From Candidatus Hodarchaeota archaeon (GTDB lineage: Archaea > Asgardarchaeota > Heimdallarchaeia > Hodarchaeales > Hodarchaeaceae): DNA of 64,000 nt. The notes under the pieces were generated by a model, which did no database searches, was not told the DNA's origin, and saw only the letters and a program-made list of their open reading frames with translations. The stretch lies in contig JAEOTC010000075.1 in the NCBI GenBank assembly GCA_016840035.1, forward strand, positions 1 through 64,000, written 5' to 3'. Both the position numbers and the translations under genes were made by a program. Positions 49,121 to 58,222 of this stretch are shown here, one piece after another (positions within the stretch are counted from its first letter, which is position 1; every line of letters begins with the position of its first letter).

Positions 49121-49729
49121 TTGAATGATGAAAAAGAAATGACCTATACTGCTCCTAGCTGGGATCATATACAGAACTTAAGTTTTGACCTCTATATGGA
49201 TATAAAGAAGAGCAATTACAAGCCAGATATAATGGCTGGAGTATCTCGTGGTGGACTGGTCCCTGCTAGAATTCTTTCCGATCTGTATCTATCGGATAAA
49301 ATGAAAGTAACACTAGCAATTATGCAAATTGGATTTTATTCGGGAATTGATAAAACCAATAAGGAGCCCATAATCTATCAAGACCTTCCTGGACATATTT
49401 ACGGGAAACGAATCCTCTTGATAGACGACGTGTCTGATAGTGGTGTATCATTAGATTTTGCATTAAAGTACCTCCATATGAAGAAACCTCTCGAAGTAGT
49501 GGTAGGGACGCTCTATTACAAGCCATGGAGTATCTTAAAACCTCATTTCTACGTTGAGGAGACTTCATCGTGGATCGTTTTTCCCCATGAGAGATTTGAA
49601 TTCATGAATGATATTTTAAAGGACCGAGATATGGATAGTAATGAATGTAGAAAATTTTTCATTCAAGAGGTTGGAATAGAAAAACAGGCTGTTGAGAATT
49701 TTTTGAAACTTAAGGAGATCACTGAATGA
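49121..49729 (+). CDS. Purine phosphoribosyltransferase (HGPRT/XGPRT-like)
   Basis: 'SRGGLVPA', PRPP loop 'LLIDDVSDSG', 'WIVFPHE'; directly upstream of purA. Confidence 0.88.
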   Translation: MNDEKEMTYTAPSWDHIQNLSFDLYMDIKKSNYKPDIMAGVSRGGLVPARILSDLYLSDKMKVTLAIMQIGFYSGIDKTNKEPIIYQDLPGHIYGKRILLIDDVSDSGVSLDFALKYLHMKKPLEVVVGTLYYKPWSILKPHFYVEETSSWIVFPHERFEFMNDILKDRDMDSNECRKFFIQEVGIEKQAVENFLKLKEITE

Positions 49730-50733
49730 GCGTTGATGTGGTTGTCGGGGGATTTTGGGGAGATGAAGGAAAGGGAAAAATTATTAGCCATCTTGTAAAT
49801 AAACGTCAAGCAACTATTGTAGCCAGAGGTGGTGTAGGACCAAATGCAGGTCATACAATCGTTGTTGATGGGGTTGAATACAAGTTACGGATGATCCCTT
49901 CTGGTATCGGAGGGAAAAATGTCAGAAAATTATTGATTGGTCCAGGAGTACTTGTTAATCCAGATGTATTCGTAGAGGAAATCGAGAGAACAGGTGTTAA
50001 AGGAAAAGCTTTTCTCGATAATCAATGCGGAATCATCGAAGCTTCCCATCGGAAAACCGATAGTAGTGACCCTCACTTAGTAAAAACGGTTGGAACAACT
50101 GGATCAGGGTCAGGTCCAGCAAATGAGGATCGAATCAAAAGAACATTAAAACTAGCGAAAGATATAGACAAACTCAAACCATACATAATAGATGTACCAA
50201 GTGAAATACACCAAGCATTGGCTAATAAAGAACCAATCCTATTGGAAGGTACACAGGCTACGTACCTATCATTATTTCATGGAACTTATCCATATGTAAC
50301 AACTAAAGATGTAACAGCCTCATCAATCTGTGCAGATGTTGGTATAGGGCCAACAGTTGTTACTGATGTTACTCTTGTCTTTAAAGCTTATGTTACCAGA
50401 GTTGGCAAAGGATTTTTACCAGGAGAACTAACTGAAGAAGAAACAATAAAACGAGGTTGGACAGAGTATGGTACAGTCACCAAACGCCTTCGAAGAGCTG
50501 CACCATTCAATGTAGATTTAGCCAAAAGAAGCATTCAATTAAATTCTGCCACAAAAATAGCGTTAACAAAAGTGGATATTCTTTTTCCACCAGATCAAGG
50601 AAAAACTAGCTTCACGGAGTTATCTCAGCAAGCAAAAGACTGGATATTTAATTTAGAAAAGAAAATAGGAATGCCGTTTACCTTTATTGGAACGGGACCC
50701 GCAGATATAGATATCATTGATAGAGAGGGATAA
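49726..50733 (+). CDS. purA: Adenylosuccinate synthetase (short archaeal type)
   Basis: 'GDEGKGK', 'GPNAGHT', 'GTTGSG', 'GTYPYVT', 'YVTRVG', 'GTVT'. Confidence 0.96.
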   Translation: MSVDVVVGGFWGDEGKGKIISHLVNKRQATIVARGGVGPNAGHTIVVDGVEYKLRMIPSGIGGKNVRKLLIGPGVLVNPDVFVEEIERTGVKGKAFLDNQCGIIEASHRKTDSSDPHLVKTVGTTGSGSGPANEDRIKRTLKLAKDIDKLKPYIIDVPSEIHQALANKEPILLEGTQATYLSLFHGTYPYVTTKDVTASSICADVGIGPTVVTDVTLVFKAYVTRVGKGFLPGELTEEETIKRGWTEYGTVTKRLRRAAPFNVDLAKRSIQLNSATKIALTKVDILFPPDQGKTSFTELSQQAKDWIFNLEKKIGMPFTFIGTGPADIDIIDREG

Positions 50734-50734
50734 T

Positions 50735-51967
50735 ATGATTCACCCAATTGAGAATAGATATAGAACTGAAATTTCTAGTATTTTTGAAGAATCTTCTAGA
50801 ATTAACAAAATGATTCAAGTAGAATTGGCCCTTGCACAAGCCCATGTTGATCAAGGGATGCTGACAAAAAGCGAGTTTGACAAATTATTTAGAGCCAAAA
50901 CTAAGGTTACCGCTGAATTAATAAAGGAAATTGAAAAAGAAACTCGTCACGATACTATGGCTTTAGTTGAAGCCTTCACACGTGTCTCAGGTTGTGATAA
51001 AGTTCATATAGGAGCTACAAGTTCTGATATCGTTGATACAACATGGGCATTACAAATGAGAGAGGCAAATCAGGTTATTCTGGCAGATTTACGTATTTTA
51101 AAGAATTTGCTACTAAGAAAAGCTGATGAAACAAAGAATCTTGTTTGTATTGGCAGAACTCATGGTCAACGGGCAATACCAATGACTTACGGGATGAAAT
51201 TTGCCTTATGGGCATATGAAATATCTGAATGTCTCGAGGAGCTCAAACGGATCAAATTTTATGGTAAAATGAGCGGAGCTGTGGGGACATTTGCTAGTTT
51301 TGGGGAAAAAGGAGTACTTATTCAAGCAAAAGTCCTTCAAGATCTCGGTCTTTCAATCCCACTAGTAACAAATCAAGTCGTAAGTCGTATCTTTGTAGCA
51401 AAATACCTCTATAATCTTATTGCACTCACATCAGTTATTGAAAAAATGGCTACTGAAATCAGAAATCTACAGCGATCTGAAATCGGAGAGCTAGCGGAAC
51501 CATTTTTTGAAAGCCAAACAGGTTCCTCGACAATGCCACATAAACGCAATCCTATCCTAAGTGAAAACCTTTGTTCTCTGGCAAAACGTGTCCGAACAAA
51601 TATTCTTCCAGCCTTGGAAAATATTTCTCTAGAGCACGAGAGAGACTTAACAAACAGTGCGAATGAACGGATTATCATCCCTGAAACAATAATCTTAACA
51701 CATTTCATGATAAAAAGAATGACCAGGATTTTTGTTGGATTGACTTTCTATCACGACAATATTGGAAAAAATGTGCAGCTTGATCCTGCGATATTCATGG
51801 AGAAAAGAATGGTTGAGCTGGTGACTGAACAGGGATTAGGGCGTCAAGAAGCATATTCATTAGCCAAAGATTATGTTTCGGAAGAGAGAATCGCTCCTGA
51901 AAGCTATATAGGGCTTTCTGAACAGATAGTTCTAAAAACGATTGAATCTCTAAGAGCTATTGACTAA
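50735..51967 (+). CDS. purB: Adenylosuccinate lyase
   Basis: 'TRHD', 'HIGATSSD', 'GRTHGQ', 'GSSTMPHKRNP'. Confidence 0.95.
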   Translation: MIHPIENRYRTEISSIFEESSRINKMIQVELALAQAHVDQGMLTKSEFDKLFRAKTKVTAELIKEIEKETRHDTMALVEAFTRVSGCDKVHIGATSSDIVDTTWALQMREANQVILADLRILKNLLLRKADETKNLVCIGRTHGQRAIPMTYGMKFALWAYEISECLEELKRIKFYGKMSGAVGTFASFGEKGVLIQAKVLQDLGLSIPLVTNQVVSRIFVAKYLYNLIALTSVIEKMATEIRNLQRSEIGELAEPFFESQTGSSTMPHKRNPILSENLCSLAKRVRTNILPALENISLEHERDLTNSANERIIIPETIILTHFMIKRMTRIFVGLTFYHDNIGKNVQLDPAIFMEKRMVELVTEQGLGRQEAYSLAKDYVSEERIAPESYIGLSEQIVLKTIESLRAID

Positions 51968-51968
51968 T

Positions 51969-52712
51969 CTACAATAATCGCGTGATCGCTTCTACTGCCA
52001 CTTCTATGGCTTCTTTCTGTCCTTTCATATGATCAATGATTATTTCGCCTGATTCTGTATCCCCAATAGCGGCCATTATACCTCCTGCTCGCCAACCTCG
52101 AATAGAACTAATAACGAAAAGAGTGGAACATTCCATTTCTGTAATCAATGTTTTTGCATTTATCCAGGCCTTCCACTTATTTTTAGCTATTGTTGAAATA
52201 GGGATTAACTCTGGAGTTTCACTATAGAACGCATCTTTAGAGTGTACAATTCCCTCATGAAATATATCTCTTAAGTTAAGATGATCAACTGCTGCACGCA
52301 GGGCGAAGACAACATCAGGATGGGCAACTGCAGGATATGCAGGAAGAATATATTCATGTGTAGTTCCCTCATCTCTTACGGCTCCTGTCGCAGATACAAT
52401 ATCTCCCAACTTTACATCCTTTGAAAGGATTCCAGATGTTCCTACACGTATTATTGTATTAACCCCTAACTTTCCAAACTCCTCAACACCGATTGCGGTT
52501 GATGGTGCACCAATTCCACAAGAGGACACCATAATTGGAATATCATTAATGTATCCCCGGTGTATTCGATATTCACGATTAAAAGAGACTTCTTGTGAAT
52601 CCTCTAATAGAGCACTGATTCGTGGAACGCGTTCAGGAGATCCACAAATGATGAGATGCTTACTATCTTCAGTTTCTTTGTTAGAGATATTAATATGATA
52701 CTGTTTCTCCAT
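51969..52712 (-). CDS. udp: Uridine/nucleoside phosphorylase
   Basis: 'QYHI', 'NREY', 'GIGAPS', 'IRVGTSG', 'RDEGT', 'EME'. Confidence 0.88.
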   Translation of the reverse strand: MEKQYHINISNKETEDSKHLIICGSPERVPRISALLEDSQEVSFNREYRIHRGYINDIPIMVSSCGIGAPSTAIGVEEFGKLGVNTIIRVGTSGILSKDVKLGDIVSATGAVRDEGTTHEYILPAYPAVAHPDVVFALRAAVDHLNLRDIFHEGIVHSKDAFYSETPELIPISTIAKNKWKAWINAKTLITEMECSTLFVISSIRGWRAGGIMAAIGDTESGEIIIDHMKGQKEAIEVAVEAITRLL

Positions 52713-52765
52713 TTAGAATCCAACCTACGAGGGAGAAACAAAATAGAGACCTAGATTCATAATTG

Positions 52766-53254
52766 TTACGTTTGAATTGATGCTAGGATCTCATAATAAT
52801 GTTGACAAGTAATACGAATTTGCTTGAGTTGCTCATTACTTAATCGCTGGTTCGTTAAATGTTGAGATAAAAGAAATTCAAATGTATTGGCAATGTTCTC
52901 CTCTTCTAATAGTAAAAATTGGGTTAAGACTTCAGCCATTTGGTGGTACACTACCAGATAGGCTGTTCCAATACCTGGAATTAGAAAAAACTTGGTTAAT
53001 GCAAATATTTCTACTTCATGGTTTGTATGACGACTCTCCCAAATAAGTGGAAGGAAGTTCCATCCGATGTCCTCCAGATTATTTTTTGCAGCTAGGATCT
53101 TTATTAACAGATCCCAAGAAGAAATTTCTGCATGCCATGTGGAGCCGCTCCAAAGAACCTCTGGCCTTTTATTGTATTCTATCACGGCGAAAACTAATCC
53201 TAGGCCGTTTAGGGCTTTTGTTTCAGTTTTTTTTGAGGACATGGGGTAAATCAT
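52766..53254 (-). CDS. Hypothetical protein, possible longin/uDENN-like fold
   Basis: 'GLVFAVIEYNKRPEVLWS' beta-hairpin, then helix, three strands and two helices, as in longin topology. Confidence 0.45.
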   Translation of the reverse strand: MIYPMSSKKTETKALNGLGLVFAVIEYNKRPEVLWSGSTWHAEISSWDLLIKILAAKNNLEDIGWNFLPLIWESRHTNHEVEIFALTKFFLIPGIGTAYLVVYHQMAEVLTQFLLLEEENIANTFEFLLSQHLTNQRLSNEQLKQIRITCQHYYEILASIQT

Positions 53255-53618
53255 TCTACATTAGAGGCTCCTTGTTAAAAAACTCTTTTATTTAAGGTGA
53301 AGGGAAAAATACTCACACTTACGATTAGCGATATCTGTATTCTTAATTTTCAAGAAGATTCTAAAAAAAAAAAAGATTCGAGAGTTGCTTCAGGATTAAG
53401 TATTGTGCTAGAAAAGGCTGAAAATCAGTAAATACTTCCTCATATCTTTTTCTTTCATTTCAAGTTAAAACGTTCAAACAATTAAACCTTCAATTAATTA
53501 CATTCAATACTTTTTTAGGAATCAAAGATAAAGTGACCTTTTTTCATCAAAAGTCTTTTAACTTAGGTTTATTCCTCTTGGTAAACCCACAATTTATGAT
53601 TCTTTGAGGTTCCAAAAG

Positions 53619-56324
53619 ATGGATATATTTGCTGAAACTGAACGTAGTCCACTAGTTAAACTTGGTATGTCACTTATACCCGTTGTACTCATTATAATAG
53701 TGTTTTCAACCCCATTGGGATTAGTTCCACCAATAGGAGGATTGATCAATCCAAATGGAGGGATTTGGGATGTATCAACCTATGCAGAACATGGGAGTAA
53801 GACTTTAACGATTCCAAATGTAGACCAGGAAGTCATATGTTATTACGATGAATGGGGAATTCCCCATATCTTTGCTGAAACTGATTCTGATATGTTTTTC
53901 ACAATTGGATATGTACATGCTCGTGATCGCTTGTTTCAACTCGAAATGGTTAGACGCCTCTACACTGGACGTCTTTCAGAATTAGTTGGAGAAGCAGCAA
54001 TATCAGCTGATATCCGAATGAGGAATTTATGTCTGGATAGGGCAGCTAATATAACTTGGAACCTTATGCGTCAAGATAGTGCGAGTAGTGAAGTGGTTGT
54101 TGCCTTAGAAAGATATGCTGAAGGAATCAATTACTATATTGATCATTTATCACCTCATGAATTGCCTTTAGAGTTTAGACTTCTCAATACGAAACCTAGT
54201 CATTGGTTACCTCATTACACAATAGGTTATGGTAAATATATGTCAATGGGCTTAGCTCATGATGGATTTCGTGATTTTACTGTTGCATTGTTGGCATCAC
54301 ATTTCTCTGAATCAGAGATGCTGGAGCTTTTTCCAATTAATAATACAGTAGGAGTAATTCCAGTTTTACCAAATTATGGATCTTATCCATCACCCCCAAC
54401 TCCACCTGGTAATAGTAGTCCTCAAATAAATTCAAGAAATTCTGATATTGGTTCCTCATTACCAGTTGAGGTAATAAATAGCATGCTAACGATAATTGAG
54501 AGTAGTGAAACTGCGGGGCGAGTCACAATTAACGATGGTTATACTGTCGATGATTACCTGAACATTTTTGATACAATCCTGGGCAGCAATAATTGGGTGA
54601 TAAATGGGAGTATTTCTGAAACAGGTTATCCAATCCTAGCCAACGATATGCATTTACAACTAGTTATGCCAGGAGTTTGGTATGAAATTCAGCATGCATC
54701 AAAAGAATCGGACACAAATGTATATGGATTTTCGTTTGTGGGCGCACCCGGGGTAATAGCTGGTCACAGTAAACATGCTAGTTGGGGATTTACAAATGTG
54801 GGGGCAGATGTAGTCGATTATTTTTATTATACTGTTTCAGCAGACGGTTCACAATATTTAAACGGGAGTACATGGGAAGATTTCCAAATTGTCACTGAGA
54901 AGATCCCTGTTTGGGGAGCAGCGGATCATGAGTTCACATTACGATTTACAGGACACGGTCCCGTTCTTTCTCCTGATATCAGTTCACATGTTGAGGCATT
55001 GGACTTAACTCCTATTGCTATGCGGTGGACGGGTCATGATGATTTAATGTATGGGAAACCCGATTATCTATTCAGAGCTGTATTCAATTTCTGGACATCA
55101 CAAACTTTAGCTGATTTCGCAGAAGCACAGCGAGATTGGGCAATTCCTGGACAGAATTTCGTCGTTGCTACAAGAGACAATCATATAGCTATTCGACCAG
55201 TCGCTAACTATCCCATTCGACCAGAGGGGAATTGGGGAAGACAGCCTGTAAACGGCTCCAATCCCAGTAACGATTGGATTGGATACATTCCATTTGAAGA
55301 ACTAGCTGTATGTGAAGATCCTTCTCAACAGTTCTTAACTTCAACAAATCAGAAAACAACTGGTCCAGACTATCCCTACTTCATGGGAAGCTTTTTTGCT
55401 CCCGGGTACCGTAGTCGAAGCATTACAAGGTTGATTCAAGAAAAAATTGGTGAGAAAGAGGAGATCTCTGTTGAGGATATGCAGAGATTCCAATCAGATA
55501 TTGTGGATACGAGTGTGGAGGCTTTCCAACCTGTATGGGGTAATATCGATACGAAAGGAAATACAACCCTACAAACAGCTCTGGATTATTTGAATGAATG
55601 GGGTGGATCTGAATATCGTTTCGGAGAAATGCATAAGGATTTAGTTGCTCCTACAATATATACAGAATGGTTAGAGTTTTTCCGGTATAATACCTTTGCA
55701 GATGAATTCTCTGATGCCCATGAAAGAGTAAACACAACATTTCCTCAAGATCACACGTTAGAAAATATGACACTTTATAATCAGTCAGTTAAATGGTTTG
55801 ATGACATCTCCACTCCTCAAGTTGAGACAATAGAAGATATTGCTTATCAATCTCTCGTGGATGCAGTGAACTTCTTAGTTACCCCTTATGGTCTTGATAC
55901 TGCAAACATGGACAACTGGTTATATGGATCTTATCATACACTGTTTCCCTTACACTTGACTGAACTAGGACCCTTTAATGCTGGACCTTATCCTTTTCAT
56001 GGGAATGGTTATACACTAGCCGCTGCTAATGGGCGGACAGTACATCATGGAGCCTCTGAGAGAGCTGTGTATGACCTTGATCCAGCTAAAAGTAATTTAC
56101 CTCATGCTTGGACATCGATTCCCTCAGGACAGAACGGAAATCCACTTTCGAGACATTATAAGGATCAACTTGAGACACTTTACATTGTTAGGACTGATGA
56201 TCGCTTTGGATATCACGTTGCGTATTTCTATATGTCTGCTGTAGATTTTAAAGAAGCTGCTACTGAATCTAAATCCGACTTGTTCTATATTGAAAGCACC
56301 TTGACATTTAAACCAGGAGGATAA
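53619..56324 (+). CDS. Penicillin acylase family Ntn-hydrolase (peptidase S45), N-terminally membrane-anchored
   Basis: 'DEWGIPHIFA', 'HARDRLFQ', nucleophile 'GSNNW', 'LANDMHL', 'PSGQNG'. SD GAGGT before ATG 53619. Confidence 0.92.
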   Translation: MDIFAETERSPLVKLGMSLIPVVLIIIVFSTPLGLVPPIGGLINPNGGIWDVSTYAEHGSKTLTIPNVDQEVICYYDEWGIPHIFAETDSDMFFTIGYVHARDRLFQLEMVRRLYTGRLSELVGEAAISADIRMRNLCLDRAANITWNLMRQDSASSEVVVALERYAEGINYYIDHLSPHELPLEFRLLNTKPSHWLPHYTIGYGKYMSMGLAHDGFRDFTVALLASHFSESEMLELFPINNTVGVIPVLPNYGSYPSPPTPPGNSSPQINSRNSDIGSSLPVEVINSMLTIIESSETAGRVTINDGYTVDDYLNIFDTILGSNNWVINGSISETGYPILANDMHLQLVMPGVWYEIQHASKESDTNVYGFSFVGAPGVIAGHSKHASWGFTNVGADVVDYFYYTVSADGSQYLNGSTWEDFQIVTEKIPVWGAADHEFTLRFTGHGPVLSPDISSHVEALDLTPIAMRWTGHDDLMYGKPDYLFRAVFNFWTSQTLADFAEAQRDWAIPGQNFVVATRDNHIAIRPVANYPIRPEGNWGRQPVNGSNPSNDWIGYIPFEELAVCEDPSQQFLTSTNQKTTGPDYPYFMGSFFAPGYRSRSITRLIQEKIGEKEEISVEDMQRFQSDIVDTSVEAFQPVWGNIDTKGNTTLQTALDYLNEWGGSEYRFGEMHKDLVAPTIYTEWLEFFRYNTFADEFSDAHERVNTTFPQDHTLENMTLYNQSVKWFDDISTPQVETIEDIAYQSLVDAVNFLVTPYGLDTANMDNWLYGSYHTLFPLHLTELGPFNAGPYPFHGNGYTLAAANGRTVHHGASERAVYDLDPAKSNLPHAWTSIPSGQNGNPLSRHYKDQLETLYIVRTDDRFGYHVAYFYMSAVDFKEAATESKSDLFYIESTLTFKPGG

Positions 56325-56327
56325 AAA

Positions 56328-56750
56328 ATGAGTATTACAAAAGAATCAATTAAGGAAAATATTACCCAACTACTTCCCTATCGATATTATATTGGAATTG
56401 CAGTAACAACTGTCGGTTTATGGATTGAATTAGTTTTTTTCCCCTTCTGGCAACTCTATTTTCTTCCCGCCGTTTTTGGCGGATTGATTGTTAATGAAAA
56501 AGCCAAACGTGGTTTTTCAGCTGGATTCTTTGGAATGCTGGGAGCTTTATTAATTTACATGAACGTTACTCTAATATCAGGAATAGAGGCTGTCGAAGTA
56601 TTAATGGGAGCAGCAATTGGATTTTCTGGTTTAGGTATAATTGCTCATGTACTATTTCTCTTAATTTTAGCTGCTTTTTCTGGCTTTGGTGGAATAATTG
56701 GTGTATATATCTATCCTTTTGTTCCTTTTTACGAATATTTCGATAAGTGA
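56328..56750 (+). CDS. Small Gly-rich membrane protein (about 4 TM)
   Basis: Starts 3 nt after the acylase stop; hydrophobic. Confidence 0.7.
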   Translation: MSITKESIKENITQLLPYRYYIGIAVTTVGLWIELVFFPFWQLYFLPAVFGGLIVNEKAKRGFSAGFFGMLGALLIYMNVTLISGIEAVEVLMGAAIGFSGLGIIAHVLFLLILAAFSGFGGIIGVYIYPFVPFYEYFDK

Positions 56751-56764
56751 ATGCTCATCCTTAG

Positions 56765-56790
56765 AGAGAAGCTCACTTCTCTTATTTTTT
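56765..56790 (+). terminator. Hairpin + T tract terminator
   Basis: AGAGAAG-ctca-CTTCTCT then TATTTTTT. Confidence 0.5.
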
Positions 56791-56868
56791 CTGCAGTACG
56801 AAAATTATTTACCAACGTTATAAGACTCGGACTTAAACATTAAATTCTGAGATTAATGGTGTGGAATC

Positions 56869-58182
56869 ATGTCAGTCGAGATTCGAGACAGTATCATCAA
56901 AAAGATGGAAAAAATTGGTTCAAAATATCTATTATTACAATTTACAGGGGCCGACGGTAATTTAAAAGGGGTAGAATTATCTAAACGGGCTTTTAGTAAG
57001 ATTGAACAAGTCGGTGTCGATGGATCGTCGATTGGTTTTCTCAGAACCAAACGTTCAGATATGATCATCGTACCAGATCCATCTACCGTAACACGAGTAC
57101 CATGGCAAGAAAAAACCGCTTGCGTCTTCTGTGATTTGCGAAGTACTGGCACTCATGAGAGAATTGCTACCGATCCAAGAGGAATACTTTCAGAAGTTAA
57201 TCGTTCCCTATTTGAAGAATTTAATGCAAACTACTACGCACGACCAGAAATGGAATTTTATGTCTTGGATTCTGAGTATAAACCAGTTGACACTGCAACA
57301 TATATGGCATTACCTCCACGCGATCGTGGCTATTTTGTTCGAAAAATGATTATTGAAACCTTAGAACTTGTTAATTTGCCTTTTAAAACGTTCCATTCCG
57401 AAGTTGGAAAATCCCAGCATGAAATAGAATTTCAGGCCCTACCTGCGGTAGCTGCTGCAGATGGTGTCCAGATGTTTAAGCAAATTTCCAAGATGGTAGC
57501 ATTAAATCAGACAGAAGGTTTTATCATAACATTCATGCCAAAACCCTTCATTGATGATGCAGGTAATGGAATGCATGTCCATCAAATGGTGAAAGGTGAA
57601 AAATCAGATCTTTTTAAAGAAAGTGACGGAGAAATTTCTGAATTTGCTCTTCATTTTATTGCTGGCCAGCTTAAACATGCGAAAGAGATAGCAGCTATCA
57701 CTAACCCTATAGTAAACTCCTATCGCCGACTGGTACCAGGTATAGAGGCCCCTGTTTATATTACGTGGGGGATTGCCAATCGAACAGCACTCATTAGAGT
57801 ACCTGGATACGAATCAGGCCGACTTGAATTTCGTGCTGCGGATGCTGCAAGTAATATTTATTTCTCATTAGCCCTGCTATTAGCGGCTGGTTTAGAGGGA
57901 GTAAGGAAAAAACTGGAACCCCCAGCTCCTGCGGATTTTGATGCTGATTTATTAACGCCTAATGAACTCAAAGAAAAAAATGTCGATCTTCTTCCTCGTA
58001 CGCTTATTGATGCCCTGGAAAAATTCAAACAAAGCAAATTAACTAAATCAGTTCTCGGAAAGGATCTTCATCAAGAATTCTATGAAGCTAGAAAGTTGGA
58101 ATGGGAGCAGTTTACAAGTCAGTACAGTTTTGAGAAGAAAGAGATCACTCCCTGGGAAATTGACCGCTATATCGATTGCTAA
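56869..58182 (+). CDS. glnA: Glutamine synthetase type I family
   Basis: 'DGSSI', 'EMEF', 'HSEVG..QHEI', 'GNGMHVH', 'RLVPGIEAP', 'NRTALIRVP', 'RLEFR'. Confidence 0.9.
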   Translation: MSVEIRDSIIKKMEKIGSKYLLLQFTGADGNLKGVELSKRAFSKIEQVGVDGSSIGFLRTKRSDMIIVPDPSTVTRVPWQEKTACVFCDLRSTGTHERIATDPRGILSEVNRSLFEEFNANYYARPEMEFYVLDSEYKPVDTATYMALPPRDRGYFVRKMIIETLELVNLPFKTFHSEVGKSQHEIEFQALPAVAAADGVQMFKQISKMVALNQTEGFIITFMPKPFIDDAGNGMHVHQMVKGEKSDLFKESDGEISEFALHFIAGQLKHAKEIAAITNPIVNSYRRLVPGIEAPVYITWGIANRTALIRVPGYESGRLEFRAADAASNIYFSLALLLAAGLEGVRKKLEPPAPADFDADLLTPNELKEKNVDLLPRTLIDALEKFKQSKLTKSVLGKDLHQEFYEARKLEWEQFTSQYSFEKKEITPWEIDRYIDC

Positions 58183-58222
58183 ATCATTATTACTACTCAT
58201 AACAGTTGATTCTTGATAGTTT

